Source: Eledone cirrhosa
Lineage: Eukaryota
Assembly (NCBI GenBank): GCA_964016885.1
Contig: OZ024755.1
Coordinates: 18,786,001 to 18,850,000 of the forward strand
Direction of reading: 5' to 3'
Length of the DNA: 64,000 bases
Shown here: piece after piece, positions 12,530 through 23,909 of the stretch
Layout: the number at the start of each line of letters is the position of its first letter
Numbering within the stretch: the first letter of the stretch is position 1
Translations under genes and position numbers: made by a program
Notes under the pieces: generated by a model
What the model was told of the DNA's origin: nothing
The model's input: the letters and a program-made list of their open reading frames with translations, nothing else
Database searches by the model: none

Positions 12530-12745
12530 GAGACGGTGATGGGCTCTGGGCCGAGGGCGCAGCGGTGTTGGAGCTGCACCACGCAGACAGTGGCCAGAGA
12601 CAGCCGCTGCATCAGCCACCTCCATCTCGCGGGGCTCCTTCCTCAAATAGGCTGCTGCAGACGTTCCGATCTTATGGAGGAGCTCGGCAGTACGGGGTCC
12701 GAGGACGACTGAGGTCTCGACGACAACCGGTGCGAAATCCATTTC
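12530..12745 (-). mobile_element. CRE-like (restriction-like endonuclease) non-LTR retrotransposon C-terminal remnant
   Basis: GC-rich island translating to FAPVVVETSVVLGPRTAELLHKIG...EPRE, then a frameshift to QRLSLA. This resembles the FxPxxVETxG..G / QRLSxA end of CRE-clade ORFs. Confidence 0.6.
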
Positions 12746-13391
12746 TCTATCTCTAAAGCTCCCTAAATATATAAAATGTATGGCTATTGTTAATCTTGTC
12801 AAAGATTATATTTGATACTGAAAAAGTTATCTCCCTCTATCACATTTCAAGTAGCTAAACAGTTGATTCTAAAATTATTGATATTGTGAGCTGCGACATT
12901 TTTTTTAATCAACATACAGATCCCAATGATGCTAGATTAGTGACTGTTGACCTGTACCAGTCAAATACTGGGGTTGATATACTAAACTTTTCCCTCCCCT
13001 AAATTAGAAACCACCATCACATTGGTTTGTGGTGTAACACAGCAGTCCAACCTGCATTTTATATGAACACAAAGGGTTCATTTAAATTTGTTATTGGGGG
13101 GGGGGGGGGGTTAAAAATGGGGCTTCAACAGGGTTTGTTGTTAAGTTTCGGTAATTCTTCATGATATTCTATAGATTCTAGTTTAGTGTTTTATTCTTGA
13201 GATTTTTAATAAAGGAAAACAAAAGTCAACATATATCATTGTCCTTTAACATCTACTATCTCTGTTAGCAAGGGTTGGATGGGTTTACATAGACCAAGTC
13301 AGTACTGAAGCTGGGTTACAGACAGGATTTGGGGGAATGCCTATATATCACTTATTTACGGTCTTACACACACTCTCTCTCTCTATTTCTA

Positions 13392-13524
13392 TATATATAT
13401 ATATATATATACAAGTTAATATAAATTAATATATTTGATAAACACAAATACCAACATATCCATGTTTGTATTGTAAATGACTAAGTTAGCTAGATTGAAA
13501 TATATTAATTTATATTAACTTGTA
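13392..13524. repeat. Inverted repeat next to (TA)n, probably a Penelope-like remnant
   Basis: TACAAGTTAATATAAATTAATATATTT ... AAATATATTAATTTATATTAACTTGTA (27-bp arms). Confidence 0.55.
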
Positions 13525-14049
13525 TTACACGGCTCAGAAATACTTCTTTCTTTGAGCTATTTCATTGTAAAGGACTACCTGAGATTTGAACTCATTATTA
13601 ACAGTATATATATATATATATATGTAAATGTAAGTCCAAAGAATCATTAGATAAAATATATACAGTATTTCCTCTCCCAATCAGTATAAATTAACAACAC
13701 AAAAAAATAATTTAAACGAGGCTATAAGATTAAAATGTACGTATGAAGAAATAATAGACAAATGATACAGATTCTTTTCCGCGATGTACAACCATGACAT
13801 TTACCTAGTATTTCTTCTCCTAGCCTGCAGAATTAGGTACAAAATTGAAGTTAGAAGAAAAAATGCACATAAATATTACCAAAATTCTCATTGTTTCTAC
13901 CAACCGCATATATGTATCTGTGACTTTGTCTAATTTATATATACCCTTTGAATTTATATATATATATATATATATAATGATTAAAAGTTTAACACTGCCA
14001 TGACTAAATTATAACCATCAACATAGTCAAGGTATGTCAAGCATCAACT

Positions 14050-14115
14050 TATTTTATCTGATGAGGACGTACTGTTGAAATAGCTCAGTACCTCTGAAAT
14101 ATGTATAATAAAATA
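14050..14115 (+). ncRNA. Minimal type I hammerhead ribozyme motif
   Basis: TATTTTAT-CTGATGA-[stem II GTACTG/CAGTAC]-GAAA-TATGTA-TA-ATAAAATA with an 8-bp stem I, lying between (TA)n tracts. Confidence 0.7.
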
Positions 14116-14157
14116 TATTTGATCACATGAATGTCTATATTTATTAATATTTTGAAG

Positions 14158-14195
<38 letters not shown>

Positions 14196-14197
<2 letters not shown>

Positions 14198-14362
14198 TCA
14201 TCATCATCATCATCATCATCGTTTAACGTCCCTGTTCCACGCTTGCATGGGTTTGGACGGGGGTTTTCCCACTTGAGGCAAGAGTGGTTGTCTTGCTCGC
14301 ATAGGACTGTCTGGCGGGTTTTCTACAGCTGGATGCCCTTCCTAACACCAACCACATTTACA
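14196..14362 (-). mobile_element. SINE/RTE-type 3' tail (variant C)
   Basis: Near-identical to 7492-7652. Confidence 0.7.
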
Positions 14363-14609
14363 TATATATATATATTGGAAAATGTGTGATATCCTTGGTA
14401 CAGTTAGGTATATTTGAAAAAAAGGAAAAGAATGACTTCACTTGTAGTTCTAAACAGTTTGATTTAATTTTATAATAGTCACAATCGCCACCGATGAATG
14501 CGAGAAAGTTCTCCTGGAAAGTTAACCTAGAATCTTTAAAAATCTTTCCACCAAAGTTAATAAAGAACTTACTAGATCTACCAACTCATAATATTATAAT
14601 ATTATAAAA

Positions 14610-14800
14610 GGTCCGTGAATTGGCAGTATTGGGAGAGGGTCGGACGCCATGCTTTGACGTATAGAGTTACGGCCCTTGCCATTCTGAGTTCAAATCCCGC
14701 CGAGGTTAACTTTGCCTTTCATCCTTACGGGGTCGATAAAATAAAGTACCAGTAATGCACTGGGTTATTGCTGGCCTTGTGCCTAACGTAGAAACAATTA
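14610..14800 (+). mobile_element. SINE family A, full length, inside an inverted repeat
   Basis: Full family A sequence; ATTATAAAA on both sides (TSD-like); flanked by inverted arms at 14430-14476 and 14797-14845. Confidence 0.85.
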
Positions 14801-15015
14801 TAAAATTAAATCAATTTGTTTAGAACTACAAGTGAAGTCATTATTTTCCATATATATATATATATATATATCAAGTTTAAGAGCTCTTTATTGGTTTCTC
14901 AGTATATATACTGGCGTAACAAATAGTACGGTTGTTTTCCTGGTGATGACTGTAGGAAAGGTAAAGTCAGCCAAATTATAACACTTATCTCCCTTCTCAC
15001 TGGCAATGTGTAAAC

Positions 15016-15350
15016 CAGAGGTTCTCAAAGTGGGTGCTACCACCCTGGGGAGGGGGCACTGAGAAGGCCCAGGGGCTGCTGGGGACTAATGGGGCAGGGG
15101 GAGGGGGAGTAGAGATGATATAATACTATATTAAATCTCAAATGATACATTTTATATATAAATATAGTAAAATAAAAAAAACATATATTTATTTATACTT
15201 AGTGTATAGTATATATTATTTATTATATATAAATTAATGATTTAATTCATTACATATTATTTAAAAATTGAATGTAGTTAGGTCTCTCTGGAAATATGGT
15301 TGGGGGGGCGTTAAGGGTATTACATGACCCAAAACGTTTGAGAACCTCTG
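15016..15350. mobile_element. hAT-superfamily MITE
   Basis: Perfect 14-bp TIRs CAGAGGTTCTCAAA / TTTGAGAACCTCTG and perfect 8-bp TSD GTGTAAAC (15008-15015 and 15351-15358). Confidence 0.9.
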
Positions 15351-15397
15351 GTGTAAACCAAAACAATAAGTTGTGGTGGTGGTTGTAGTAAATAAAA

Positions 15398-15640
15398 TAA
15401 TAATAATAATGAAATTATTGTGTACAGTGCTCAGGTGCACTACAACTCATCAAAGGTGTATCTATAATACATAGAATAATGTACAAATTCAAGAAAGTGA
15501 AGAATCTATGAGTCATGATATACACACAGATACATGCATACGTATGTGTGGAGGCGGAATATCAGGTGTAGTGTTGGCGAATTTCGGGAAGCATGGAGGT
15601 TTTGAAGGATGCAGTGACCCACCAGCTAACAACCATTGCA
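15398..15640 (-). mobile_element. CR1-type LINE 3' end
   Basis: (TAA)n-GAAATTATTGTGTACAGTGCTCAGGTGCACTACAACTCATC..., same family as 20625-21095. Confidence 0.75.
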
Positions 15641-15851
15641 GCTGGTGACATTTATCTCCTTCTCACTGACAATATGTAAACACCAACACAATAAGTTGCA
15701 GTAGTAGCTGTAGGAAATATAGACTCAACCAACAAGTGACATTTATCTCCCTTATCACTGACAATATGTAAACCAACACAATAAATATTAATGTTGGTTC
15801 TTATTGATTTTGCTGCTATTTTTGTATCTAACTGTTTTTATAGATTTATCT

Positions 15852-17450
15852 GGACCAAATAAGCGGGATAGTGTTTTTACAATGATACTATAGCAGTATT
15901 CTAGGACCAAATAAGAGGGATAGTGTTCTTACAATGATACTATAGCAGTATTATAGGACCAAATAAGTGGAATAATGTTCTTACAATGATACTATAGCAG
16001 TACTCTAGGACCAAATAAGAGGGACAGTGTTTTACAATGATACTATAGCAGTATTATAGGACCAAATAAGTGGAATAATGTTCTTACAATGATACTATAG
16101 CAGTATTATAGGACCAAATAAGAGGGACAGTGTTCTTACAATGATACTATAGCAGTACTCTAGGACCAAATAAGTGGAATAATGTTCTTACAATGATACT
16201 ATAGCAGTATTCTAGGACCAAATAAGAGGGACAGTGTTCTTACAATGATACTATAGCAGTACTCTAGGACCAAATAAGTGGAATAATGTTCTTACAATGA
16301 TACTATAGCAGTATTATAGGACCAAATAAGAGGGACAGTGTTCTTACAATGATACTATAGCAGTACTCTAGGACCAAATAAGTGGAATAATGTTCTTACA
16401 ATGATACTATAGCAGTACTCTAGGACCAAATAAGTGGAATAATGTTCTTACAATGATACTATAGCAGTATTATAGGACCAAATAAGAGGGACAGTGTTCT
16501 TACAATGATACTATAGCAGTACTCTAGGACCAAATAAGTGGAATAATGTTCTTACAATGATACTATAGCAGTATTCTAGGACCAAATAAGAGGGACAGTG
16601 TTCTTACAATGATACTATAGCAGTACTCTAGGACCAAATAAGTGGAATAATGTTCTTACAATGATACTATAGCAGTATTCTAGGACCAAATAAGAGGGAC
16701 AGTGTTCTTACAATGATACTATAGCAGTACTCTAGGACAAAATAAGAGGGACAGTATTCTTACAATGATACTATAGCAGTACTCTAGGACCAAATAAGTG
16801 GAATAATGTTCTTACAATGATACTATAGCAGTATTCTAGGACCAAATAAGAGGGACAGTGTTCTTACAATGATACTATAGCAGTATTCTAGGACCAAATA
16901 AGAGGGACAGTGTTCTTACAATGATACTATAGCAGTACTCTAGGACCAAATAAGTGGAATAATGTTCTTACAATGATACTATAGCAGTATTATAGGACCA
17001 AATAAGAGGGACAGTGTTCTTACAATGATACTATAGCAGTACTCTAGGACCAAATAAGTGGAATAATGTTCTTACAATGATACTATAGCAGTACTCTAGG
17101 ACCAAATAAGAGGGACAGTGTTCTTACAATGATACTATAGCAGTACTCTAGGACCAAATAAGAGGGACAGTGTTCTTACAATGATACTATAGCAGTATTA
17201 TAGGACCAAATAAGAGGGACAGTGTTCTTACAATGATACTATAGCAGTACTCTAGGACCAAATAAGAGGGACAGTGTTCTTACAATGATACTATAGCAGT
17301 ACTCTAGGACCAAATAAGAGGGACAGTGTTCTTACAATGATACTATAGCAGTATTATAGGACCAAATAAGTGGAATAATGTTCTTACAATGATACTATAG
17401 CAGTATTATAGGACCAAATAAGTGGAATAATGTTCTTACAATGATACTAT
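15852..17450. repeat. 52-bp minisatellite, about 31 copies, two alternating variants
   Basis: Unit GGACCAAATAAG(TGGAATAA|AGGGACAG)TGTTCTTACAATGATACTATAGCAGTA(T/C)T(C/A)TA. Confidence 0.95.
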
Positions 17451-17676
17451 AGGAATGATCTGGAATGATAGTCTTATATTTTCAATATATTTGTTTCATT
17501 ATGTAGCTAGTAGTTAGTCTGTATGTAGCTAATAACTGTTTCTACATTTGGTACAAGGCCAGCAATTTCCCCCAGTACATTACTGGTGCTTTATCTTATC
17601 GACCCCCCGTAAGGATGAAAGGCAAAGTTAGATTGGACTGCATGCCCTGCTTTCCAGGTTACCCTTTGCCACTGAT

Positions 17677-17713
<37 letters not shown>

Positions 17714-17839
17714 GGAGGAGGTGAGTTTTATTGTAGTACAATAAAGCAATGCAGATATCGGATAAGAAGCACTCTACAGTTTGTGGGACTGGAGTATGCA
17801 TAATATATAAGATCAAAAGATGGTTAAAGGAGTTCCATA

Positions 17840-17910
17840 TATTTTATTATGCACATTTCAAAAACAAACATCATCAAGCAATAATATTTGTGTTTTCATC
17901 AGATAAAACA
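17840..17910 (-). ncRNA. Type I hammerhead ribozyme motif (left arm of palindrome)
   Basis: Reverse complement reads TGTTTTAT-CTGATGA-long stem II-GAAA-TGTGCA-TA-ATAAAATA. Confidence 0.7.
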
Positions 17911-18036
17911 GGAAGACATGATATGAAGGTTAAAAAACACTTGTGGATAGTGCAGTTTTAAATCAACAAATCAACATATGTTGATTTAAAACTGCACTAT
18001 CCACAAGTGTTTTTTAACCTTCATATCATGTCTTCC

Positions 18037-18107
18037 TGTTTTATCTGATGAAAACACAAATATTATTGCTTGATGATGTTTGTTTTTGAAATGCGCATAA
18101 TAAAATA
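18037..18107 (+). ncRNA. Type I hammerhead ribozyme motif (right arm of palindrome)
   Basis: TGTTTTAT-CTGATGA-AAACACAAATATTATT/GCTT/GATGATGTTTGTTTTT-GAAA-TGCGCA-TA-ATAAAATA; stem III is palindromic. Confidence 0.78.
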
Positions 18108-18429
18108 TATGGAACTCCTTTAACCATCTTTTGATCTTATATTATATATATATATATGTATGTATATGTATATGCTAGCGTGGATGATAGACGTTAAACG
18201 ATGATGATGATGATATATACACACACACACACAAGGGGAAGAGTAAACAAAGATTATATGGCTCATCTTTATAAACAAAAATAAAAATAGACCCCCCCCC
18301 CTCCCCTCCCCATCCTTTAAAAATAAAAATGGTAAAAAAATTAATTGTCATTGAAATAGAATATATTGTTCATGTCACACTGAAAAAAAAATCATTTAAT
18401 TTATCTATATATTTATTTAACTTCTTAAG

Positions 18430-18479
<50 letters not shown>

Positions 18480-18626
18480 AGTGTATATATGTATATGTAT
18501 ATATATGTATGTATATATGTACATGTATGTATACATATATATGTACATGTATGTGTATATGTATATATATATATATATGTATGTATATGTATATATATAT
18601 GTATGTATATATGTACATGTATGTAT

Positions 18627-18628
<2 letters not shown>

Positions 18629-18657
<29 letters not shown>

Positions 18658-19372
18658 TTTACGTCCGCTTTTCCCTGCTTGCAAGGGTGGGACGGGTCTT
18701 ATTCAGCACAGCATCTCTCCACTCGTCACGGTCCCTCGTCATCTCCACCGTGAGCTTCAATGATCTGAGGTCTGTTCTCACCACCTCCGCCCATGTTTTT
18801 CGTGGTCTACCTCTACTACGTCTTCCTTCAACTGGCATTTCCTGGCACTTCTTCACCCATCGGTCATCCTCCATGCGCATCACATGTCCATACCACCTCA
18901 GTCTCCTCTCCCGTACACTACATTCTATCCCTCTCAGACACAGTTTCTCTCTCAACACATTTATGCTGGGTCGTTCACGCACATTTACACTGCACATCCA
19001 ACGGAGCATGCTTGCCTCATTTCTCTCCAGCCGTCGCATATCTTCTGCGGTAGCTGCCCATGTCTCACTACTATGCAGCATCGCGCTCCTCACACAGGCA
19101 TCATACAACCGGCCTTTCGTACGCAGGGAGAAACCCTTCTTCGTCAACAGAGGAAGCAGCTCCCTAAACTTCTTCCAACCCGTCCTTATTCTAGATACTA
19201 TGGCCTCGGAACACCCTCCTCCCATGCTAATCTGATCTCCTAGGTACCGGAAGCTATCCACCACTTCTATAGCGCCCTCTCGCATTTGAAAAATGTGTCT
19301 ATCAGTGCGACTTCTACTGTCTAATTTCCCTGTGCATCTACTGCATACATATTTCTCCCTACCTGTTAGTTT
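18629..19372 (-). mobile_element. RTE-clade LINE, 5'-truncated, uninterrupted ORF2 C-terminus plus (GAT)n tail
   Basis: About 235 aa without a stop: [65 protein letters not shown]. The tail is (ATG)n. Confidence 0.92.
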
Positions 19373-19504
19373 GATATATGTATGTGTATATGTATGTATA
19401 TATATGTATATATATGTATCTGTAGTGAAACCTACAGGCAGTAGGCACCTCTTAACCAAAATACACCCCTCCCCCCGTCCCACTACCGCACCCCCATCTA
19501 CACC

Positions 19505-19783
19505 ACCCCTTTCGCTGTAAAGTTATGTCGGTACCACAACATCCAGTCCTAAATAAATGAGGTCGTGTAGGGGTCAGGACAAAAAAACACACAGTCCACG
19601 CTGTAATGTGGCCGTGTAGGTAACACAGTAAAAACCTCCCAGTCCCACACTGTACACGTGGTTGGTGTTAGGAAGGGCATCCTGCCGTAGAAAACCTGCC
19701 AGACAGCCCTATACGAGCAAGACAACCCATGCTAGTGTGGAAGATAGACGTTAAACGATGATGATGATGATGATGATGATGAT
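19505..19783 (+). mobile_element. SINE/RTE-type 3' region (variant C) with degenerate 46-bp modules
   Basis: CCCAGTCCAC..CTGTAA..TGG modules, then GTTAGGAAGGGCATCC...GACGTTAAAC(GAT)n. Confidence 0.65.
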
Positions 19784-20079
19784 GTATATGTATGTGTACA
19801 TATGTATATGTATGTATATATATGTATTTAATATTTTAGGGTGTTAGCAATAAAGATCCTGTCCCCCCCCCCACCAAACACAAAAGACATTTGGCTGACT
19901 ATACACACCCCTAAGGAATACTCTACTACATACAAGATAACTGACATATATGATTGGCATCATTTTGTGAGAAGATTATGGAGGGTGGGGGGTGGGGGGT
20001 AGAGTTTTAAATAGCAAATTTAAACGCAAAAATCTACATTTCAATTTTAACTCCAAGATTTCCTCTTAACTATTATTAT

Positions 20080-20620
20080 TTGGCAGTATCGGTAGAGGGT
20101 CGGACGCCATGCTTTGACGAATAGAGTTACGGCCCTTGCCATTCTGAGTTCAAATCCTGCCGAGGTTAACTTTGCCTTTCATCCTTACGGGGTCGATAAA
20201 ATAAAGTACCAGTAATGCACTGGGTAATTGCTGGCCTTGTGCCAAAAGTACAAACAATTATATTTCTAATGAAAAACACTGCCTACGATTTTCAAATAAC
20301 TTTCAAAATAATCAATATAACCGCAGCATAAAGTTAAGCCCCTTTACGTTCTGAGTTCAAATCCTGACGAGGTTAACTTTACCTTTCATCCCCACGGGGT
20401 CAATAAAATAAATCACCAGTAATGTATTGGAATAATTGCTGGCCTTGTGCCAAAAGTAGAAACAATTATTAATTAGGTATTTTGAGCATAACTTAATATA
20501 ATGATTTCTACTATAGGCAATTTTGAGAGAGGGGAAAGTCGATTAAATCAACCCCAGTGCATTACTGGTACTTTATTTTATTGATCTTGTAAGGATGAAA
20601 GGCAAAGTTAACCTCGGTGT
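20080..20620. mobile_element. Cluster of three SINE family A copies (+, +, -)
   Basis: Cores at about 20080-20260 (+), 20325-20468 (+) and 20503-20620 (-). Confidence 0.8.
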
Positions 20621-20624
20621 TTTA

Positions 20625-21095
20625 TAATAATAATAATGAAAATATTGTGTACAGTGCTCAGGTGCACTACAACTCATCAAAAGTGTATGTATAGTACATA
20701 GGGCAATGTACAAATGTCAGGAAAATGAACAGTGCATGAGTTATGATATACACATGTGTGCATATGTATGGAAGGGGTACATCAGGTGTAGTTTTGGTGA
20801 ATTTTGGGAAGCATAGAGGTTTTAAAGGATGCAGTGTCTCGGCAGCTAACAACTGATGCAGGTAGTTTGTTCCATGGAGGTTTTAAAGGATGCAGTGTCT
20901 CGACAGCTAACAACTGATGCAGGTAGTTTGTTCCATGCTTCAGCAACCCTGAGCATGAAAAAATGTTTCCGAAAGTCATGGGAGCTGTGCTGTTTTCTGA
21001 TTTTGTAGGCATGCCCACATGTGTTAGACACATGGAGATCAAAAAGGTGTTCAGGGATGTTGTTGGCAAGATGGTTAATAATTTTGTTTTGTGTT
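20625..21095 (-). mobile_element. CR1-type LINE 3' fragment with a 61-bp internal duplication
   Basis: Translation NTCGHAYKIRKQ...FRKHFFMLRVAEAWNKLPASVV...SFK matches the CR1 C-terminal pattern RGH..K / FF..RV...WN.LP. The 3' UTR ends in (TAT)n. Confidence 0.85.
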
Positions 21096-21754
21096 TACCA
21101 AGTCAGTTGCCTGGGGGTAATTGCTGGCCTTGTGCCAAAAAGTAGAAACAATTATTATAATATTGTTATTATTCACTCATGAACTTATTTAGGTATCCAC
21201 CATGTTAAGAATAAAAACAAATTTTGTTTGTTAATGTTATAATTATTATAGCTATAGTTATTAGTGGTGAAAGTAATTGTGGTACAGGCGGAGGTAAGGG
21301 ATATACCTGGCTAAAATAACATTTATCATAAAATATATATATATTAAACCTCATGATTTTGAGTATGGAGGAAGGTTACAGCAGAATTTCACAAGAATTC
21401 CTTAAAAAAAAAAAATAATAAAAAATAAAAATTATAATTTATTTCCTCCATTTAAATTTGAAATTTGATTTTGATTAATAACCATTTTTTCTTTTTTTTT
21501 TTTAGCAAACAAACACTCTAAAATGAAATAGACGGTAAAATTGATATATGACTCAAAAATTGACCAGAGTGAAGGGGAAAGAAAAGGGGACATTAATTCC
21601 CCACAGGTAATGTTAATGGCCTTTAGAATTTATTAAAAATACATATCAATATTTATCTTTAACAATAGATTTTATGTTTTGTGTGTTTTGTTCTACAGAA
21701 ATCAAGCAAATATATCCACATTATTAACAACAACTATTATCGTTATTTATTATA

Positions 21755-21856
21755 AACAACAACAACAACAACAACAATGACAACAACAATAACAACAATA
21801 ACAACAACAATAACAACAACAATAACAACAACAATAACAACGGCGACAATACAACA
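21755..21856. repeat. (AAC)n/(AAT)n microsatellite
   Basis: Visible directly. Confidence 0.85.
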
Positions 21857-22869
21857 AAGTTGGAAAAGAAAAAGGAAATATGAAAAGACACAACATAAAA
21901 GATTGGAATCTTCTAACTTCACTGAACCATACTTAATGGTGCTATTTCAGTTCAAATGTCAAGAAAATAAAATAATAATTCTTAGTGGGAGAGGAGAGGT
22001 GAACTTTGGTTAGCGCAGAGAGGAGAGGCGAGGTGAGGCGATCTTTGGTTTGCACAAACTGCAACAGCAGTTGTCAAACATAATACTTGACAACAACAAG
22101 TTGAATATGCAGACTAAAGTTTCTCTCCATTGTCAACAGATAATTCCTTACAGATGCCATAAATGGATATTAGCAGGATTTGATTAAGCAAAACCATAGA
22201 AGCATACAGCCGTAAAGTTTATCAAAACATAAATGACTCACACCATTCAATTTAAAGATGAATCACTCCCAGTAAAAACCCCTTTGATCAATGAAGCTGT
22301 CATAAGATTTTGTGTATCAATGTACAGATCAGATGGATCAGGGAGCATAACGATGAATAGAGGAAGGTTGGTGAAGAGGGGGAAAGGATAAGGGGGAGAT
22401 ATAGAAAGATTCTAACATGTGGAACCGCAAGAGTAGAAGCTCTTTTATTCTTCAGATATGAATGGGGAGTGTTAAAGAATTTGTTGAATATGGTGCAGCA
22501 ATGAGTAAGATAGTTAAAAAGATAATATTTCTCCCTATTTCACCCACCACTATCACCCACACCAAAAAATGTTTCTTCAATAATTAAGTAGGCAACCAGA
22601 TATCACCTCTGAAATTTTTAATTTCTTTTCTCTCTGTTGGTTCATGAAATTAAAAAAAGTTATTTGAAATTATTTAATTAAAGTTTATGTAGATAAAAAC
22701 AGTCACATAGCAACAAACACATTGAAATAAAATACATGCCAGAGTATTGTACAGATTAGTGTGTGAAGTATAGAGATAAATATTTGAATCAAGTAAAAGT
22801 AATCCCAAATTATTAGAACAGTTTAAAGTTAAAGTAGCTTCTCTCTCACACTTTTTGTGTATGTGTGTA

Positions 22870-23135
22870 TGCCACAACAAAAAGCACCCAGTCCACCTTG
22901 AAAGGTGGTCCTATTGGTTACACAACACAAAAGACCCAGTCCACCTTGTACAGTGGTCATGCTGGTGCCTGACAAAAAAGCACCCAGTCCACTGTGTAAG
23001 GTGGTCATGCTGGCTACAAAACACAAAGCACTCAATTCGCCCTATAAGGTGGTCATATTGGTTACACAACACAAAGTCCCCAATCTACTCTATAAAGTGT
23101 TCATGCTGATGTCACGAAAAAAGCTCCCAGTACAA
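22870..23135 (+). repeat. Degenerate tandem of the ~46-49-bp SINE module
   Basis: Repeated AAAGCACCCAGTCCAC...AAGGTGGTC units, about 5-6 copies. Confidence 0.6.
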
Positions 23136-23199
23136 ACATGTCCAACCCTTAATAGCCGGGGGCGGGGGGGGGGGAAACAGATGTTATGATAGCAAACAG

Positions 23200-23233
<34 letters not shown>

Positions 23234-23353
23234 GACCCCCCCCCCCGGAGCCATGGCAAAAAAGCCCATCCCACACTATAGTGGTCATGTAGGTGTCATG
23301 ACAAAAGCGAACACCCAGTCCACACTGCAAATGAGTTGGCATTATGTGTATAT

Positions 23354-23462
23354 CAAATCCCGCCGAGGTTAACTTTGCCTTTCATCCTTACGGGGTCGAT
23401 AAAATAAAGTACCAGTAATGCACTGGGTATTTGCTGGCCTTGTGCCTAAAGTAGAAACAATT
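23354..23462 (+). mobile_element. SINE family A, 5'-truncated
   Basis: From the B box to the 3' end. Confidence 0.8.
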
Positions 23463-23909
23463 ATGTGTATATATATATATGTATATATATATATATGTAT
23501 GTATGTATGTACGTGTGTGTGTATATATATATATAGAGAGAGAAAGAGAGATTCCCAAATGTACAATTTGTTATCAGACATGCTACAAATACCCATCACC
23601 CACCCATCACCCACCCATCACCCACCCTTCATGTAGCATTGGTTCTATTGTCCTAGTCAGAACTGTTAGTAGGAGTCATGTTATCCTGTGATCAAATTTA
23701 AACCATATACTCGCCATATTACTGATAACCAATAAGAATCAGAAGCTGTTATCATGTTATAACTGGAAGAGTAAATTGGATATGAAACAGCTCGCTGTAG
23801 TGATTTATTGAATATAAACCTGCTAATGAATAAACATGGAAGGAATAGCTTTTGTTATTTCTGGTTAGAGCATCTATCTCATGACAGGTATGGTGGAAAA
23901 TGGACATAA

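Larger units (their letters stand above)
17805..18142. repeat. Near-perfect ~340-bp palindrome (fold-back Penelope-like remnant)
   Basis: Arms of about 164 bp centred on AAATCAACATATGTTGATTT. Each arm carries a hammerhead motif, and the left arm continues to about 17712 before (TA)n. Confidence 0.85.

Noticed and set aside
18465-19243. Plus-strand ORFs of 256 and 119 aa
   Set aside because: They are antisense shadows of the minus-strand RTE ORF plus microsatellite.
21506-21605. Exon-like segment (poly-T AG ... CAG|GTAATG)
   Set aside because: It has stops in all three frames and no other support. A non-coding exon cannot be excluded.
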